A DNA stretch of 64,000 bases, taken from assembly GCF_001194135.2 (NCBI RefSeq), contig NC_068989.1, forward strand, positions 38,431,766 through 38,495,765, given 5' to 3'. Below, one piece after another: positions 49,778 through 63,069 of the stretch (positions are counted from its first letter, which is position 1; each line of letters opens with the position of its first letter). The notes beneath the pieces were generated by a model. It saw only the letters and a list, made by a program, of their open reading frames with translations. It was not told where the DNA came from and did no database searches. The translations under genes and the position numbers were made by a program. Origin of the DNA: Octopus bimaculoides. Lineage: Eukaryota.

Positions 49778-51030
49778 CACGCACACACACACACACACAA
49801 ACTACATTCTCTTACTTTCACATACACACACACAAAATTCAGTCAGGTTTCATGGAGAAAATGTAAAGCAATTACTGTAACTGATGTAAACATCAGCCTG
49901 ACTTAGGTCAGCCTCACTGAGTGAAAATATGATCAAATGCATTCCAGCCAAGACCACCCTGTCTTGTTTTAGAAACAGTGTGTATAACACATTTTCTAAT
50001 ATGTTCATTTTAAGGATAGTATAAAGCACGATTTAAGTGTAGTTTAGCTGCTATTTCTCACAGATCATTTGATTGCATTGTGGTCTCTCTAGTTGACTCT
50101 CTCAGTCCATTGCTGGAGTTGGGATGGGTTAAGAAGTGCAGAGTTTTAGGTCAAACAAAGTCATTTATTAACTTTCTGGAGGTTCCTCTTGAAGCAGTTA
50201 TATTTGAATGCAATACTTTACATTTGGTGACATTTACTAATTTCCAGTTGATTTTTGTAGTTTTTGTTAATAAATCATCATCACCATCAGCAACAGCAGC
50301 AGTAACTGTAGGACAAGTATGTAATGGCAGCTGAACATATAATAAATCATTTATGTACCATTGGATTGAGATTTATTAATGTGGATAGTGCAGACATACC
50401 TCAACTTAATTGTTTCTGTCAGCTGTTTGAGAATTGTTAGAAAGGGAAGGGTGGAAGTTTACCAATCAGCTGACCTTCATATGTATGTAGTAAGGGATGT
50501 TGTGGGATGTTTAGATGTAAAGTGAGATGTAAAGACAGAGCAATGGTCAGAACACTGCATAGGGAAGTACAGTAACATCCAAAAAGAGATTACTGTCTGT
50601 GTTGTAGTTTAGCTTCATTGAACAGCATAATAACCAAAGGTATTTCAGCCGTAAATAACTTATCTTTGTTGTTTCGTTTATTGTGGTTTTAGTGTTTTCT
50701 GGACTACATTAGAAAATGTGGTGTTCCTTTTTTTAAAAGCATAAGTTATGATTTAAGGCTTCGCTGTTATTCTTAACAGTTCTAGGAAATATGTGATGGC
50801 TCAGTTGCTGGATCAGCTAAATATAACTTGAATTTAGACTTAAAGAAAAATCAATTTTCCTTGGTGAGTAAGTATATTTGTCTAATGTAAAAGATTACCG
50901 AGTTTGGGACTTGTATAAAAATGAGTAGTGAAGCTGTATGGTTTACAGAGCCTTAAGAATAAAAATCTCAAAAGAAGAGGAGTTGACATGATTACCATTG
51001 GCAAGGAGTAATCAAATATGAAAAAATTCT

Positions 51031-51225
51031 GAGAGAAAGTAATCGAATAACAGTTAATTATGAGAGGAAGTAATTGAATAACAGTTAATTATGAGGGAAA
51101 ATAATTAAATAAATGATAATTATGGAAGGAAGTAATTAAATAGCTCATAACTATGAGAGGAAGTAATCAAATAACTGTTAATTATAAGAGAAAATAATTA
51201 AATACCTGTTAATTATGGGAGGAGT
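51031..51225. repeat. 30-bp minisatellite, about 6 diverged copies
   Basis: Unit approximately gagaggaagtaattgaataacagttaattat. Confidence 0.85.
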
Positions 51226-51799
51226 TTTGAGATCAGTCAGTGGAGGAGTTTAGAGTTGAAGTGCTTAATGTGTAGCTATTGTTGAAAACAATGAAAGGAA
51301 GGAGATGGGTGGAAGGATGATCAGATTTATACAAGTTTAATCTTTATATTTGAGAAAGAATTTGGGCAAGAGAGCACGTAGAGAAAAAATGAGTAAGGCT
51401 GGAGGGGAAATTTTGATGATGGCTGCAGACGTTTGGGCAGAGAAATGAGTATTCATTGGAATTAGTATGATTTTAATTTTTACACTTTGAAATATCTTCT
51501 TGAATAATTAAACTGTTCAGTTCATAAGTTTCCACATACTAATAAGATTTTCTCGGCATTGTAACAAATGAAATGGCTGAGTGATATACATGTATGTATA
51601 AATTTAATATTCCAATTTTTCCATGCATACATAGTTCAGGTGGAATTCATTTAAAACAGATTTTCTGTATCTGGATGCCCTCCCTGTTGCAAACTTCACC
51701 AAACATGGTAATATTTTACTATGGTCAGGTATGTTTTCATGGAAGATTAAAAATGAAAACCTCTACTTGTATGACAGGCAGTGCTCTTTTATATCTATC

Positions 51800-52510
51800 A
51801 CAAGATGAGAAAACAAGAAGTCAAGGGGATTACAGTCAGGTGAGTTGAGAGTTCAAATCTTAGGTGCAGTGTGATCAGAGAAATTCTACGACTGCCAGGC
51901 TTGGGTCTTCCAGCTGGTGCAGTAGAGTGCAGAGATTTTCTCCCTCATGTATGACCTCTGGTGATACCAAAGACCATGACTGTCGCTGGAAATTTTGTCT
52001 GCATTAATCTGGGCAAGTTCTTGGGTGAGACAGCAAACCACCTTTAGTTCTGGTAGTTAACCTTCTGGTCTTGGCAGAAATTCTTCTCATTGGAGAAGAA
52101 CCACAGCATGTCTGACTCCAGCAAATATTTCAACTTGTTGATCAACTTTTTAGTGTGCTTGAGTTACTTTCTCTGTATTGCCTTAGACTAAAATTGTCCT
52201 GTCCTCATCTTATAGGAAAAGTTGCAGATGTCTTCATGCACCCCTAGCCTGATGAGCTTTTCATCCACACCTTTCTCCGGTATATTGACATGCATTGATT
52301 TGCTGGGATGATCAATGAATATGGCATTCTGATTGCATTGTATTGTTGATTATGAGTTTTCCTCTCTGCTGTCACTTCGTTATCAGAACTTGAATCTTCC
52401 AGCTCCTTTCTAACCTTTTCCACCGTCTTTCTGCTGATGTTGAAGAAGTCTGAAATCTCCTTGTTTGTCCTTCTGGCACAGATTCCAAGGACTTCCTCCC
52501 TCTACCATAA
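51800..52510 (-). mobile_element. maT/DD37D-like Tc1/mariner transposase remnant with an internal deletion
   Basis: RRTNKEISDFFNISRKTVEKVRKELE (HTH); VHEDI..FSYKM; KKLINKLK...MLWFFSNEKNFCQDQKVN.QN.RW...TKFPATVMVFG; NSPDCNPLDF. Confidence 0.8.
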
Positions 52511-52739
52511 ATTAGGTGAGTGGGGGTTCAAAATTTTCCGTAGTCAATTATTCTCCAAAAGATAAAGCAAAAGTGGTTGTTGTTTTTAAGAAAAAGACCG
52601 ACAAGAAAGTAATAAATAAAATGTGTGTAAAATTAGCAGTTGAAAATTGTGAGCAAAATCTGTCCACACCATGTATGTATGTGTGCGTGCGTGTGTGCAT
52701 GCATGCGTGTTTGCATGCATGCGTGTGTGCATGCTATCT

Positions 52740-53575
52740 GAATCTCAATCTAGCCTCCGATCCGGTAGAGGGATGATGGATGTGATTTTCACAGCAAGAC
52801 AGATGCAGGAGAAGTGCTATGAGCAGAATATGGATCTCGTCCAGGTATTCATTGATTTAACCAAGGCCTTTGATACTGTGAATAAGGCCTTGCTATGGAA
52901 AATACTTGGCAAACTTGGATGTCTGAATCACTTTGTATCTATAATTAAATCATTTCATGATGAGATGGAGGCTTGGGTCAGTGTTGATGGTGGCATGGTG
53001 GGACCCATTCTTGAAGAGAATGGTATCAAGCAGGGTGACATTTTTCCCCAACTTCCTTTACTTTGTACTTTGCTGCTACTTTTATTTATGCTTTTGCTAA
53101 GCTCACTGAGAATATATGTCAGGTATTGATCTTCTGGCTGCTTCTTTAATCTGCGCCAAAACAGATGCTATATGGGGAACTTGTTAGTGGAAGGAGACAC
53201 CTGCAGAAACCAAGGTTGTGATTTAAGGACTGTGTCAAGTCCTCATTAAAGGCTTGTGATATGCAGGAGACTGACTGGGAGAGCAATGCCTGTCATCACC
53301 ACAGATGGAGAAGCAGGTTAAGGAGGGGGTCAACACCTTTGAAAGAGCATGTATTCTGCATGAAGAATTTAAGCGTGCTGCTCAAAAGTGCACTGCTAGT
53401 ATAGTGAATGGGGAAAACTTGGTTTGCAATATTTGCGGTTGTGTATGCTTGTCAAGAGCAGGGCTCATTAGCCACCAACAGAGCTGCAAACGCAAAATAT
53501 AAGTTAGTCCTAGAGCATGCAATGTTCCTAAAGGTTAGCAATGGTCTTCCTTAGTCACAAGTGAATGGCCATCAT
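52740..53575 (+). mobile_element. RTE (BovB-like) LINE fragment, internally deleted
   Basis: RSGRGMMDVIFTARQMQEKCYEQ...FIDLTKAFDTV...GIKQG (RT), joined to YGEL..GRR...FKDCVK and a terminal CNICGCVCLSRAGLISHQQSC zinc-finger-like motif. Confidence 0.9.
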
Positions 53576-55579
53576 GTGTGTATGCATGCAAAGCTCAACC
53601 ACTGCAATGATTTTAATTGGTCTATCAATGGTGGCGATTGAAAAACGTTAAGACTTTCTGAAGTAACTACATAACAATCTTTCAGCCAAATTCTTCATTC
53701 CATTGCCATTACATTAGTTCACCCACACAGCATACACATATACACAAGCACACGTATATATACTTCATATTAACAATACTGTTCCCTATTTTCTATAAAA
53801 GAGAACCATTATTTGATGTCTAAGTATTTATTAGAAGTTTATGCTTCTAAATCACACAATCAATTTTTCCTTTTAACATCATTGCCCTTTTCTCACCTAT
53901 TTTACTTTTTGCTTGCAAGTGGATACTCAAGAACTGAGTCTTCCAATGCCAATCCCATACTTCATAAGATATTTTTACTTGATTTCCCAAGAAATATATT
54001 ATGACTTGAAAATTGATAACACCTATGTGATCTATTTCCATTTTCTGTCATGACTTCTCCAACTATTCTCTTAACATTTGACTTGCATGATTTGCAAACG
54101 AAAATTAAGATAACAAAACTGACCTCTTATTAATAGCTTTGAGCACTCTGAATTTAGTTATTTTGATTTCCTTTAGATCATCAGATGAATAAGTTAAATT
54201 AGTTGTTATAATTAACTAAAAATTAAATGTAGAATGATTAACATACATAGTAGATGCATCTTTAACTGTTAGCACACTGTAGGTGTATCATGTCACCATA
54301 TGAGTTTTCTCCCCTGTAGTAACAAGGCGGTGGCAGGGGAAACATTTCTAAAGCAAATGCAGTGGTTTATGGTTGATGTCCTGAATTTCCGATGACATGG
54401 TCATTACAGAATTACTATTATTCTGATAATTTCTATTGCATCACAGTAGAAGATATCAACCAGACCTGTATAGTATACTTACAATGATATTAAACAAATT
54501 TTCAGTAATTCAGCTATATAGTAAACTCTCCTTTGCCAGAGGATACATTTAAAGTGGGCTATTAAATGGTTATCCCCAAAATTTGTTGTGGTATAGAAAC
54601 AAGGAACCTGATAAAAGTGACAAACCAGCTGAACATGCTCTTAAAGATATTATTGTTTGGATTATATGAAACAATGAAATGGGTTTAAAAATAAGTGAAA
54701 CTGTTATTGCCAAATTTGAAAAAGTACTTGAAATGGATTTGGGAACAGTGAGAGGTATGAAATAGGTAATGCAATAGATTCTAAGAGATCACAAAAGAAA
54801 CCAAGGATGTCAGGAGAAATTGGATATATTTCACATAAAACCAAACTTATGGAGAAACATAAAGAAGGCCTTCACCTAGCACTGGGAAAGTAATATCCTT
54901 GATTAAATGTTGCATTGTTATTTATTTTCAATATTACCCATTTCATCTATAAAATTATTGTGTACCATCCTTTAAATATATATCAAATTTACCTGATGAT
55001 AAAAAGAATATTTTTAATCTTATACTTGATGTTATAATCCCTAGATGTAAAACAAAAATGCAAGATCTCAGCTTCAACCTGTTAGGTTGCAATCATCTTT
55101 GGTGTGGATAGATCCATAACATATTCCTGTAATCAGACTATTTTATTAGTCAATATCAAGAATAAATCATATGATCATGAAGATTTGGCAGTTAGAATGC
55201 TTTGGTTTTCAGATGTTTAATCCACATACTCTCTGATATAACCCTAATATTATAACCTTAATATTATTTGGAGTTATTGGAACCTGAATATTATTTGAAG
55301 AGAAGTAAGATTTATTCACTGCTTTCCTTGAAGATAGGATGCAGTCTAAATGAAGCATGACATATCATTTCAATGGACTGGGGAAAGGAACTCTAAGCAC
55401 GAATCAAAGTTTGTGTTATTCCTGTTGCAGCTATTGCTATGGTTATTTATGATAATGATAATTATGATGATAATTTGGGATATATATACTTTATTGTTTC
55501 CATGTAATCTCTGAGCTATTGATCTCGAAACAAGAACAAGAACAGAACAAATTTGACTAAAGTCGCAATATCATATGTT

Positions 55580-55588
55580 TTATGTATG

Positions 55589-55625
<37 letters not shown>

Positions 55626-55816
55626 ATATATGTGTGTATATATCTGTGTGAGTATGTGCATATATGTATGTGTGCATATGTGTGTATGTAAATATGCATA
55701 TGTGTTTTTGTGTATGTATACATGTATATATACCTATGTATCTATATATGTATATATATATCTGTATGTATACATATATTTTTGTATATGTATAGATATA
55801 TATGTATATATATATG

Positions 55817-55855
<39 letters not shown>

Positions 55856-56166
55856 GTTTGCATGTATATATGCATATATATATGAATATATATATATATA
55901 TATATANNNNNNNNNNNNNNNNNNNNNNNNNNNNNNNNNNNNNNNNNNNNNNNNNNNNNNNNNNNNNNNNNNNNNNNNNNNNNNNNNNNNNNNNNNNNNN
56001 NNNNNNNNNNNNNNNNNNNNNNNNNNNNNNNNNNNNNNNNNNNNNNNNNNNNNNNNNNNNNNNNNNNNNNNNNNNNNNNNNNNNNNNNNNNNNNNNNNNN
56101 NNNNNNNNNNNNNNNNNNNNNNNNNNNNNNNNNNNNNNNNNNNNNNNNNNNNNNNNNNNNNNNNNN

Positions 56167-56210
<44 letters not shown>

Positions 56211-56676
56211 GCAATATGCTCACCATAACACAAACCTCAAAATAAGCTCTTAGACAACATATGCATATTACAAATAGAATAAGCACATACTACTGTAACA
56301 GCAAAAATACATGTTTCATGAACAATAAAGATCTTGGCCACTATAAAAGAGGTAGCATAGAAGCCAACACTGTTTCATATGCTGATGATGATAGGCAGAT
56401 AGCTTGAGAAGGTAGATAACAATGAATTTCAGAACTTTATTACTGTGTTACTCCAAACTACTGCAAGGGTCTTATAGAGGATTACAAAAGGAAACTCCAA
56501 CAAGCCAAGAGTAAACTGGAACTCCATACCATGTCTAAGGGAAAAGATATATCCTATATATATATACACACACATACACACACAATTATCTATCCATCCA
56601 TCAACGTTTGTATGTATGTATGCATGCTTCTATCTATATATCTATACATAAATAGATCTGCATGTATAAATATGTA

Positions 56677-56768
<92 letters not shown>

Positions 56769-56770
56769 CA
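55580..56770. repeat. Compound (TG)/(TA)n low-complexity tract with a 260-N gap (55907-56166)
   Basis: Directly visible. Confidence 0.95.
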
Positions 56771-56881
56771 TACATGTATAGAGCAGTATTTATAAATACA
56801 TATGTGTGTGTATATCATATATGGAGATGCATGTATATACACTGATACACATACATAATTATGTATATATGTACAAATATG

Positions 56882-56912
<31 letters not shown>

Positions 56913-57304
56913 GTGTGTATGTATGTGTTCATGTGTTTGTATCATTTGTTATGTAACATGAGCTGTTAGATAAAAATAAAGCTTTATCAATTTATCTAAA
57001 TGGGGGTGCAGTAGTCTTTAGTTTTGTGTTGTTCTCATATCTGGAATAAGATTTATTGCTCCCTGAAGGCATAGTTTTCGGAAATGACAATAATGGAACC
57101 CACGCATGCACACATGCATATACATCCAATCACAAGCTGGAAATGCTTTAAAATAACTTTGTAAGTGTATATGTTCACAATCACATGCAATCTTTTACAT
57201 ACTGGAGTATACAGTCACATTGCTGTATGTATCTGTGTATGTGTGCAGTGTATGATGTGTATATCTATGTATGATGTCTGTGTATAAATATGTTTAAGTG
57301 TGAT

Positions 57305-57340
<36 letters not shown>

Positions 57341-57639
57341 TATATATGTATGTGTGTGTGTATTTGTATACTGAGCCATAGATAATTACTTCATTTTGGT
57401 TTTATAACCATATACTGAGGCCACTGACTATTTTAGTGTTTTCTTTTTAAGCTGCTTAGATTTTTCTAGGAAACATATTTATTAGTGCCAAAAAACTTGA
57501 CTTAGGTACTGAATTCCTGTGGATGTGGTTGTTGGCTGAGTTTAATAACGACTGATGTAAATTGCTATCTGATGTCACCAGTTTCCATTTTTGTTTGATT
57601 AATCAAGGAAAACTGTAATGAACAATAATAATGGGCTTC

Positions 57640-57846
57640 AAGTTTTGGCATAAAGCCAGCAAGTTAGAGGGAGTGGGTAAGTTACTTATATCGACTCCAG
57701 TGCTCAATTGGTACTTATTTCATTGACCCGGAAAGGATGAAAAGCAAAGTCGACCTCAGCAGAATTTGAACTCAGAACATAAAGACAGACAAAATACTGC
57801 TGAGCATTTTCCTGAAGTGCTAACGATTCTGCCAGCTCTCTGCCTT
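57640..57846 (-). mobile_element. Nin/Deu-like SINE
   Basis: ggtacttattt..ttgacccggaaaggatgaaaagcaaagtcgacctcagcagaatttgaactcagaac...gccagctctctgcctta. Confidence 0.8.
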
Positions 57847-57879
57847 AATTAATAATAATAATAATAATGATGATGATGA

Positions 57880-58370
57880 TGGACAAAAAATGAAAGGCAA
57901 AAATACTTTGGGACTTTGATTTCCAAACAGACAAAGTATTAGAGCACCAAAGGCTGGATATAGTAACCTTTAGGAGGGACAAACAAGAGTGCCTAATAAT
58001 TGATGTGGCAGTGCCAAGAGATGAGCCTATCATCATGAAAGAAAGAGAAAAAGTTAATGAATATAGATACCTGAGAATTGAGATCGCTAAGATGCAGCAG
58101 CTACAAGAGTCAAACATAATGATTATCCCTGTTGTCTTTGGAGCATTGGGTTCAATTCCACTCAATCTGAAAATCATCTAAAAGCCTTAGAAATACCCTA
58201 CAATCTAGATGTATTGCAAAAGTCGGCATTACTTGGAACTGCACACATATTGTGTAAAGTACTGTCTGTCTAAGGTCCTTGTGTCTTGACAAACAATACA
58301 AACCCCCGGTAGACACAATATCTTCAATCAGCAACCTCATGATATTGTATACTATGCGACGTCTGTAGTA
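57880..58370 (+). mobile_element. R4/Dong-like 3' fragment (REL endonuclease) between (TAA)n tracts
   Basis: KILWDFDFQTDKVLEHQRLDIV...CLIIDVAVP...KEREKVNEY...IIPVVFGALG. Confidence 0.85.
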
Positions 58371-58410
<40 letters not shown>

Positions 58411-58411
<1 letters not shown>

Positions 58412-58626
58412 CCTTCCTACAATAGGCATGAGGCCTCTCATTTCAAGGGCAGGGATAAGTTGATTACATTGACTACAATATTCAACTGGTACTCATTTTA
58501 TCGACCTCAAAAGTATGGAAGGCGAAGCTAACCCTGGCAGAATTTGAACTCAGAATGTACAGACAGATGAAATTCCACTAAGCATTTTGCCCAGCACCCT
58601 AACAATTCTACCAGCTCACCACCTAA
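58411..58626 (-). mobile_element. Nin/Deu-like SINE
   Basis: Same family string; its 5' end ccagctcaccacctaa is at about 58626. Confidence 0.8.
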
Positions 58627-58654
58627 TAAGAAGAAGAAGAAGAAGAAGAAGAAG

Positions 58655-59364
58655 CTGGAAACACTACTACAGACAGTACATGGATTCACCAAAGAAATAA
58701 ATATAAAATTTGGCTTAGAAAAATGTGCCAAAGAAACCTTGAAAAGAGGAAAACTAGTTAAGAGTAGCAACATCACACTAGATAAAACCAATGATATAAG
58801 AGAATCAGACCAAAGCCAGACATACAAATATTTAAGATTCAATGATCAAGATACAATACAACACACACAAATGAAAGAGAAAATAAAGAAAGAATACTAT
58901 AGACGAGTTAGCTCAATATTGAAAACAGAGCTCAATGCTAAAAACAAGATAATAGGTGTCAACACTCTAGTCATCCCAGTTATAAGTTACAACTACAATT
59001 TCCTTAACTTGACACTAAATGAACTAACCAAAATAGACAGTAAAACAAGAAAAATAATGACAGGATCTAGGATGCACCACCCAAAATCTGACATAGCAAG
59101 GCTATATATACAATGTATAGAAGGTGGCAGAGGCCTTATACAGCTGGAAAACTATTATAAAATAACCATCATAGGACTGCAAAAATACCTACTTCAGAAG
59201 CAAGGAAAACTAATACAAATAGCCACAAAACACAAGCAAAACAAAAAATTGTTTTCAGTATTTAAGGAAGCTGACAAATACAAACAAGAAGTCATACTAT
59301 CTAACAAATACGAAGAAGAAGAAGAAGAAACAACAAAAGCTATAAAACAAATGAAATCCAAACT
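58655..59364 (+). mobile_element. R4/Dong-like RT C-terminal/thumb region, open frame running into the gap
   Basis: LETLLQTVHGFTKEINIKFGLEKCAK...YKYL...LNAKNKIIGVNTLVIPVISY...HHPKSDIARLYI...GGRGL. Confidence 0.88.
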
Positions 59365-59878
59365 NNNNNNNNNNNNNNNNNNNNNNNNNNNNNNNNNNNN
59401 NNNNNNNNNNNNNNNNNNNNNNNNNNNNNNNNNNNNNNNNNNNNNNNNNNNNNNNNNNNNNNNNNNNNNNNNNNNNNNNNNNNNNNNNNNNNNNNNNNNN
59501 NNNNNNNNNNNNNNNNNNNNNNNNNNNNNNNNNNNNNNNNNNNNNNNNNNNNNNNNNNNNNNNNNNNNNNNNNNNNNNNNNNNNNNNNNNNNNNNNNNNN
59601 NNNNNNNNNNNNNNNNNNNNNNNNNNNNNNNNNNNNNNNNNNNNNNNNNNNNNNNNNNNNNNNNNNNNNNNNNNNNNNNNNNNNNNNNNNNNNNNNNNNN
59701 NNNNNNNNNNNNNNNNNNNNNNNNNNNNNNNNNNNNNNNNNNNNNNNNNNNNNNNNNNNNNNNNNNNNNNNNNNNNNNNNNNNNNNNNNNNNNNNNNNNN
59801 NNNNNNNNNNNNNNNNNNNNNNNNNNNNNNNNNNNNNNNNNNNNNNNNNNNNNNNNNNNNNNNNNNNNNNNNNNNNNN
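59365..59878. other. Assembly gap (514 N)
   Basis: N run. Confidence 1.
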
Positions 59879-60213
59879 TAGACATAGACGGATAGGTACA
59901 TAGGTAATATGAATAGACAAGCACACATACACAAATAAAAACTGAAACACATGACCATATACACACACACTTCACTTCACACAAGGACACATATGGAGAC
60001 ACACATCCACATATATGGAGATACACATCCATACATACAGACATAATACATAGTCACCAAATCTCGTACACACACACACACAAACACACTCAGACATGCA
60101 CACACAAGGAGACAGTGGTACATACATGCATGCAAACAACACACAAAGACGAACACACAAACACAAACATATGCACAATACATGCACAACGATTATAATT
60201 TTTATCATTATTA

Positions 60214-60420
60214 TCAAGGAGGTGAACTGGCAGAAATGTTAGTATACTGGATAAAATGCTTAGCAGCATTTCGTCTGTCATTACTTCCTGAGTTCAAATT
60301 CTGCTGAGATCACATTTGCCATTCGTACTTTCAGGTTGATAAAATAAGGACCAGTTGAGCACTGGGGTTGATGTAATCAACTTACCACTTCCCTCAAAAT
60401 TTCAGAAAGGATTATTATTA
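60214..60420 (+). mobile_element. Nin/Deu-like SINE flanked by (TTA)n
   Basis: caaggaggtgaactggcagaa...ctgagttcaaattctgctgag...ggggttgatgtaatcaact...ggattattatta. Confidence 0.8.
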
Positions 60421-61076
60421 TTAGTACTAGTATTACGATATTATTGCGATGATGATAAAATGTATTTAGGCAGCAACCAGAAAAAGAAACATACAAACAT
60501 ATTACATTTTCCTTTGTTCTGCTTTTTTTTTTTGTAATGGCTTTAGAAATTCCATTATATTAGTTTGGGAGGTAGAATGAATTGATGGTTAGATTGAGTG
60601 ATCATCACCACCATCATTATCATCATCTTTGTTTTTCTATGCTGGAATAAATTTAATGGTAGGATAGACAAAGAAAAAGGAGTGAGTACCATTATAGAAA
60701 GAGCAACAGTCAGAAAAGAAGTGAGAAAGAAAAAAAAAAGAGACAGGGTGAGAGAAAAAGAGAGAGAAATTTAACTGTTGAAAACAAAAAGAAGTTTTGA
60801 AGAGTATCAAAGATTTTAAGAAGTCGGTGTTTATTTTATGTTTTACCATTATTTGGTTCTGTGTAAGTTTTACGCTAAGACTTTTGTTTGTTTCAAAATC
60901 TGTTAATTTTTAGGTGTGTAGTTTTGAACTGATTTACTACTTTCATGGTTGGTTATAACACCAGGGGTGATTTATTCTGATCTTTTTCTTCCTAAATCTT
61001 TACTGCTTGATAAATTCATTCATCTTAACATCCATAAATATTGACGTTGGAATTCTTTTATAAATGCATTTTTGTA

Positions 61077-61130
<54 letters not shown>

Positions 61131-61264
61131 CATCACACACATGCTTTTTTTCTTTTGTATCTTTGTCTGTCCATGTCTACCTACCTACAAACCTACCTAC
61201 CCTCTGCCATGTGCACACACATACATATGCGTGTGCATACACTCACATGCACTCACACACACAC

Positions 61265-61420
61265 GACAGGCTTCTTTCTGTTTCATCTTCTGAATCTACT
61301 GACAAAGCTTTTGTTGGCCTCAGGCTATAGTAAAAAACACTTGCCCAAGGTGCCACACAGAGGAACTGAACCCCAAATCAGGTTATTGCAAAGCTTATTT
61401 CTTAACCACACACCCACACC
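61265..61420 (-). mobile_element. CORE-like tRNA SINE
   Basis: cacttgcccaaggtgccacacagaggaactgaacc...ttaaccacac. Confidence 0.7.
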
Positions 61421-63069
61421 TGAGCATATGTGTGTGTATGTTTGTGTGCATAAAGTACTTTTGTGTTTTGGAATAAATTTGGTCACAGACATGAAAACAT
61501 AAACAAGGAAGTACAGTTATTTAGTTATTGATATGCACACACACACATGTACACACACGTAGATGGATAGTGGGTAGACAGGTAGGTGAATGTGTAGGTT
61601 GGTTTGGGTAGGGTAGGTTTTTAAAAGAGTAGGTCGGGGGGAACTTGTAGATGAGCTAGTAGTTCACCCAATAGATATTACAGTTCATCCAAATAGATAA
61701 TACCCATACCAAAAAATATATCAACTTCAAAACCTTCAATTTAATTCTCATTGACATTCCTTGAGAAAATTTATAATATACTTCTGATGTACATGCAGCT
61801 ACTCGTATACTTATATCCTCACCTTCCAATAAGTATGAACATCTAACTTGTGTAAAAGAGATCATTATAGCATTTTCAATGGACTTTTTTGTGAGTGTGA
61901 AAACTCACATGACTGCTGTAAAAATGAAAGTCATTGTATCTGTTATCACAAGTTTGATGGAAACTAAATGTACAAATATTTGTATTATATTTTCCTGAAA
62001 CTCATTTGCCATGCATTTTATACACCTCCATCAAATGTTTGCACAACACATGCATAATTCACATCGATTTTAATTTAATTTTTGATATAATATTTAAAAT
62101 TCTAATTACCGTCTTAATAATATTTCTTATCTTTTAAGTCTTGTAGTTAATATAATTTTTAAATTTATATTTTATTAATACCATTACGATAATATTTCTT
62201 ATCTTTCAAGTTGCTGTGCATTTGTGTATTTTGTCTTTTGTTTGTTTCTTAATTGAAGAGAGGACAAACTGCAAATACTGACTAGACAGCCATTCACAAG
62301 AAAACTACGAAATGACAAAGATATATTATATCTTGCTTTTCTTCTTTTTCCTTCATTCTTTCCATTCATTTTTATTTTTTATTTCTGCAAGTGGGTACAC
62401 ATAATGCTCACTTTTGATTTCATTGTTATTGGGTATGTATTCATCAATAACAATAATGAAAGAAACAACCTTTAACTCTTGTTGCTTAACCAACCTTCCT
62501 ATGCTATATTTTCAATATACAAACCTACTATGTATGACCTCTTGCTTTTTGGCACTTTATGTACTTACTTTTCATGTCACTACATCCTCGAAATGGTAGT
62601 GAAAAGTGGGAAGAGAAAAACAAAGCTAGATTAGTGTAGAGGCCAGCGATGTAATACAGAGGAATTTGGATATGACTGTATATTTATCTATGTTGAAAAA
62701 TTATCCAGATGAACAATATGCTTCTGTAATTTTTATAATTTAGAAAAAAATTATAAAAAACTTTGAAGACATACAAACTTTGTGAACCTAGAGTTTAAAT
62801 CATTACTTTTACTTTGTCAGTCTGCATTCAGAATCCTTTTTCAGGCAACTGACAATGACTTTTAAACAAAAGTAGTCACCTTTTGTAGAACGAAGCACCT
62901 TTTACAAAAGTAATACGTAGCTCATGAACAAGAAATCTATTTATCTCCCCATGTTGCACTGTCTCCATAAACTTTGAAAAATAACTGTGGAATTTTCACA
63001 AGTATTACCAGCATCATATGCATGCACAAACACACAGACACACATGCGCATGCATGCACACACACACAA

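Noticed and set aside
51031-51225. 30-bp repeats (and the 24-bp array at 2901 and 42-bp units at 63.4 kb) as CRISPR-like arrays
   Set aside because: Head-to-tail tandem units with no unique spacers and no cas genes, in a eukaryotic context.
54300-54700. LLNGYP-containing frame as a further PLE remnant
   Set aside because: Only one short motif amid stops, which is insufficient support.
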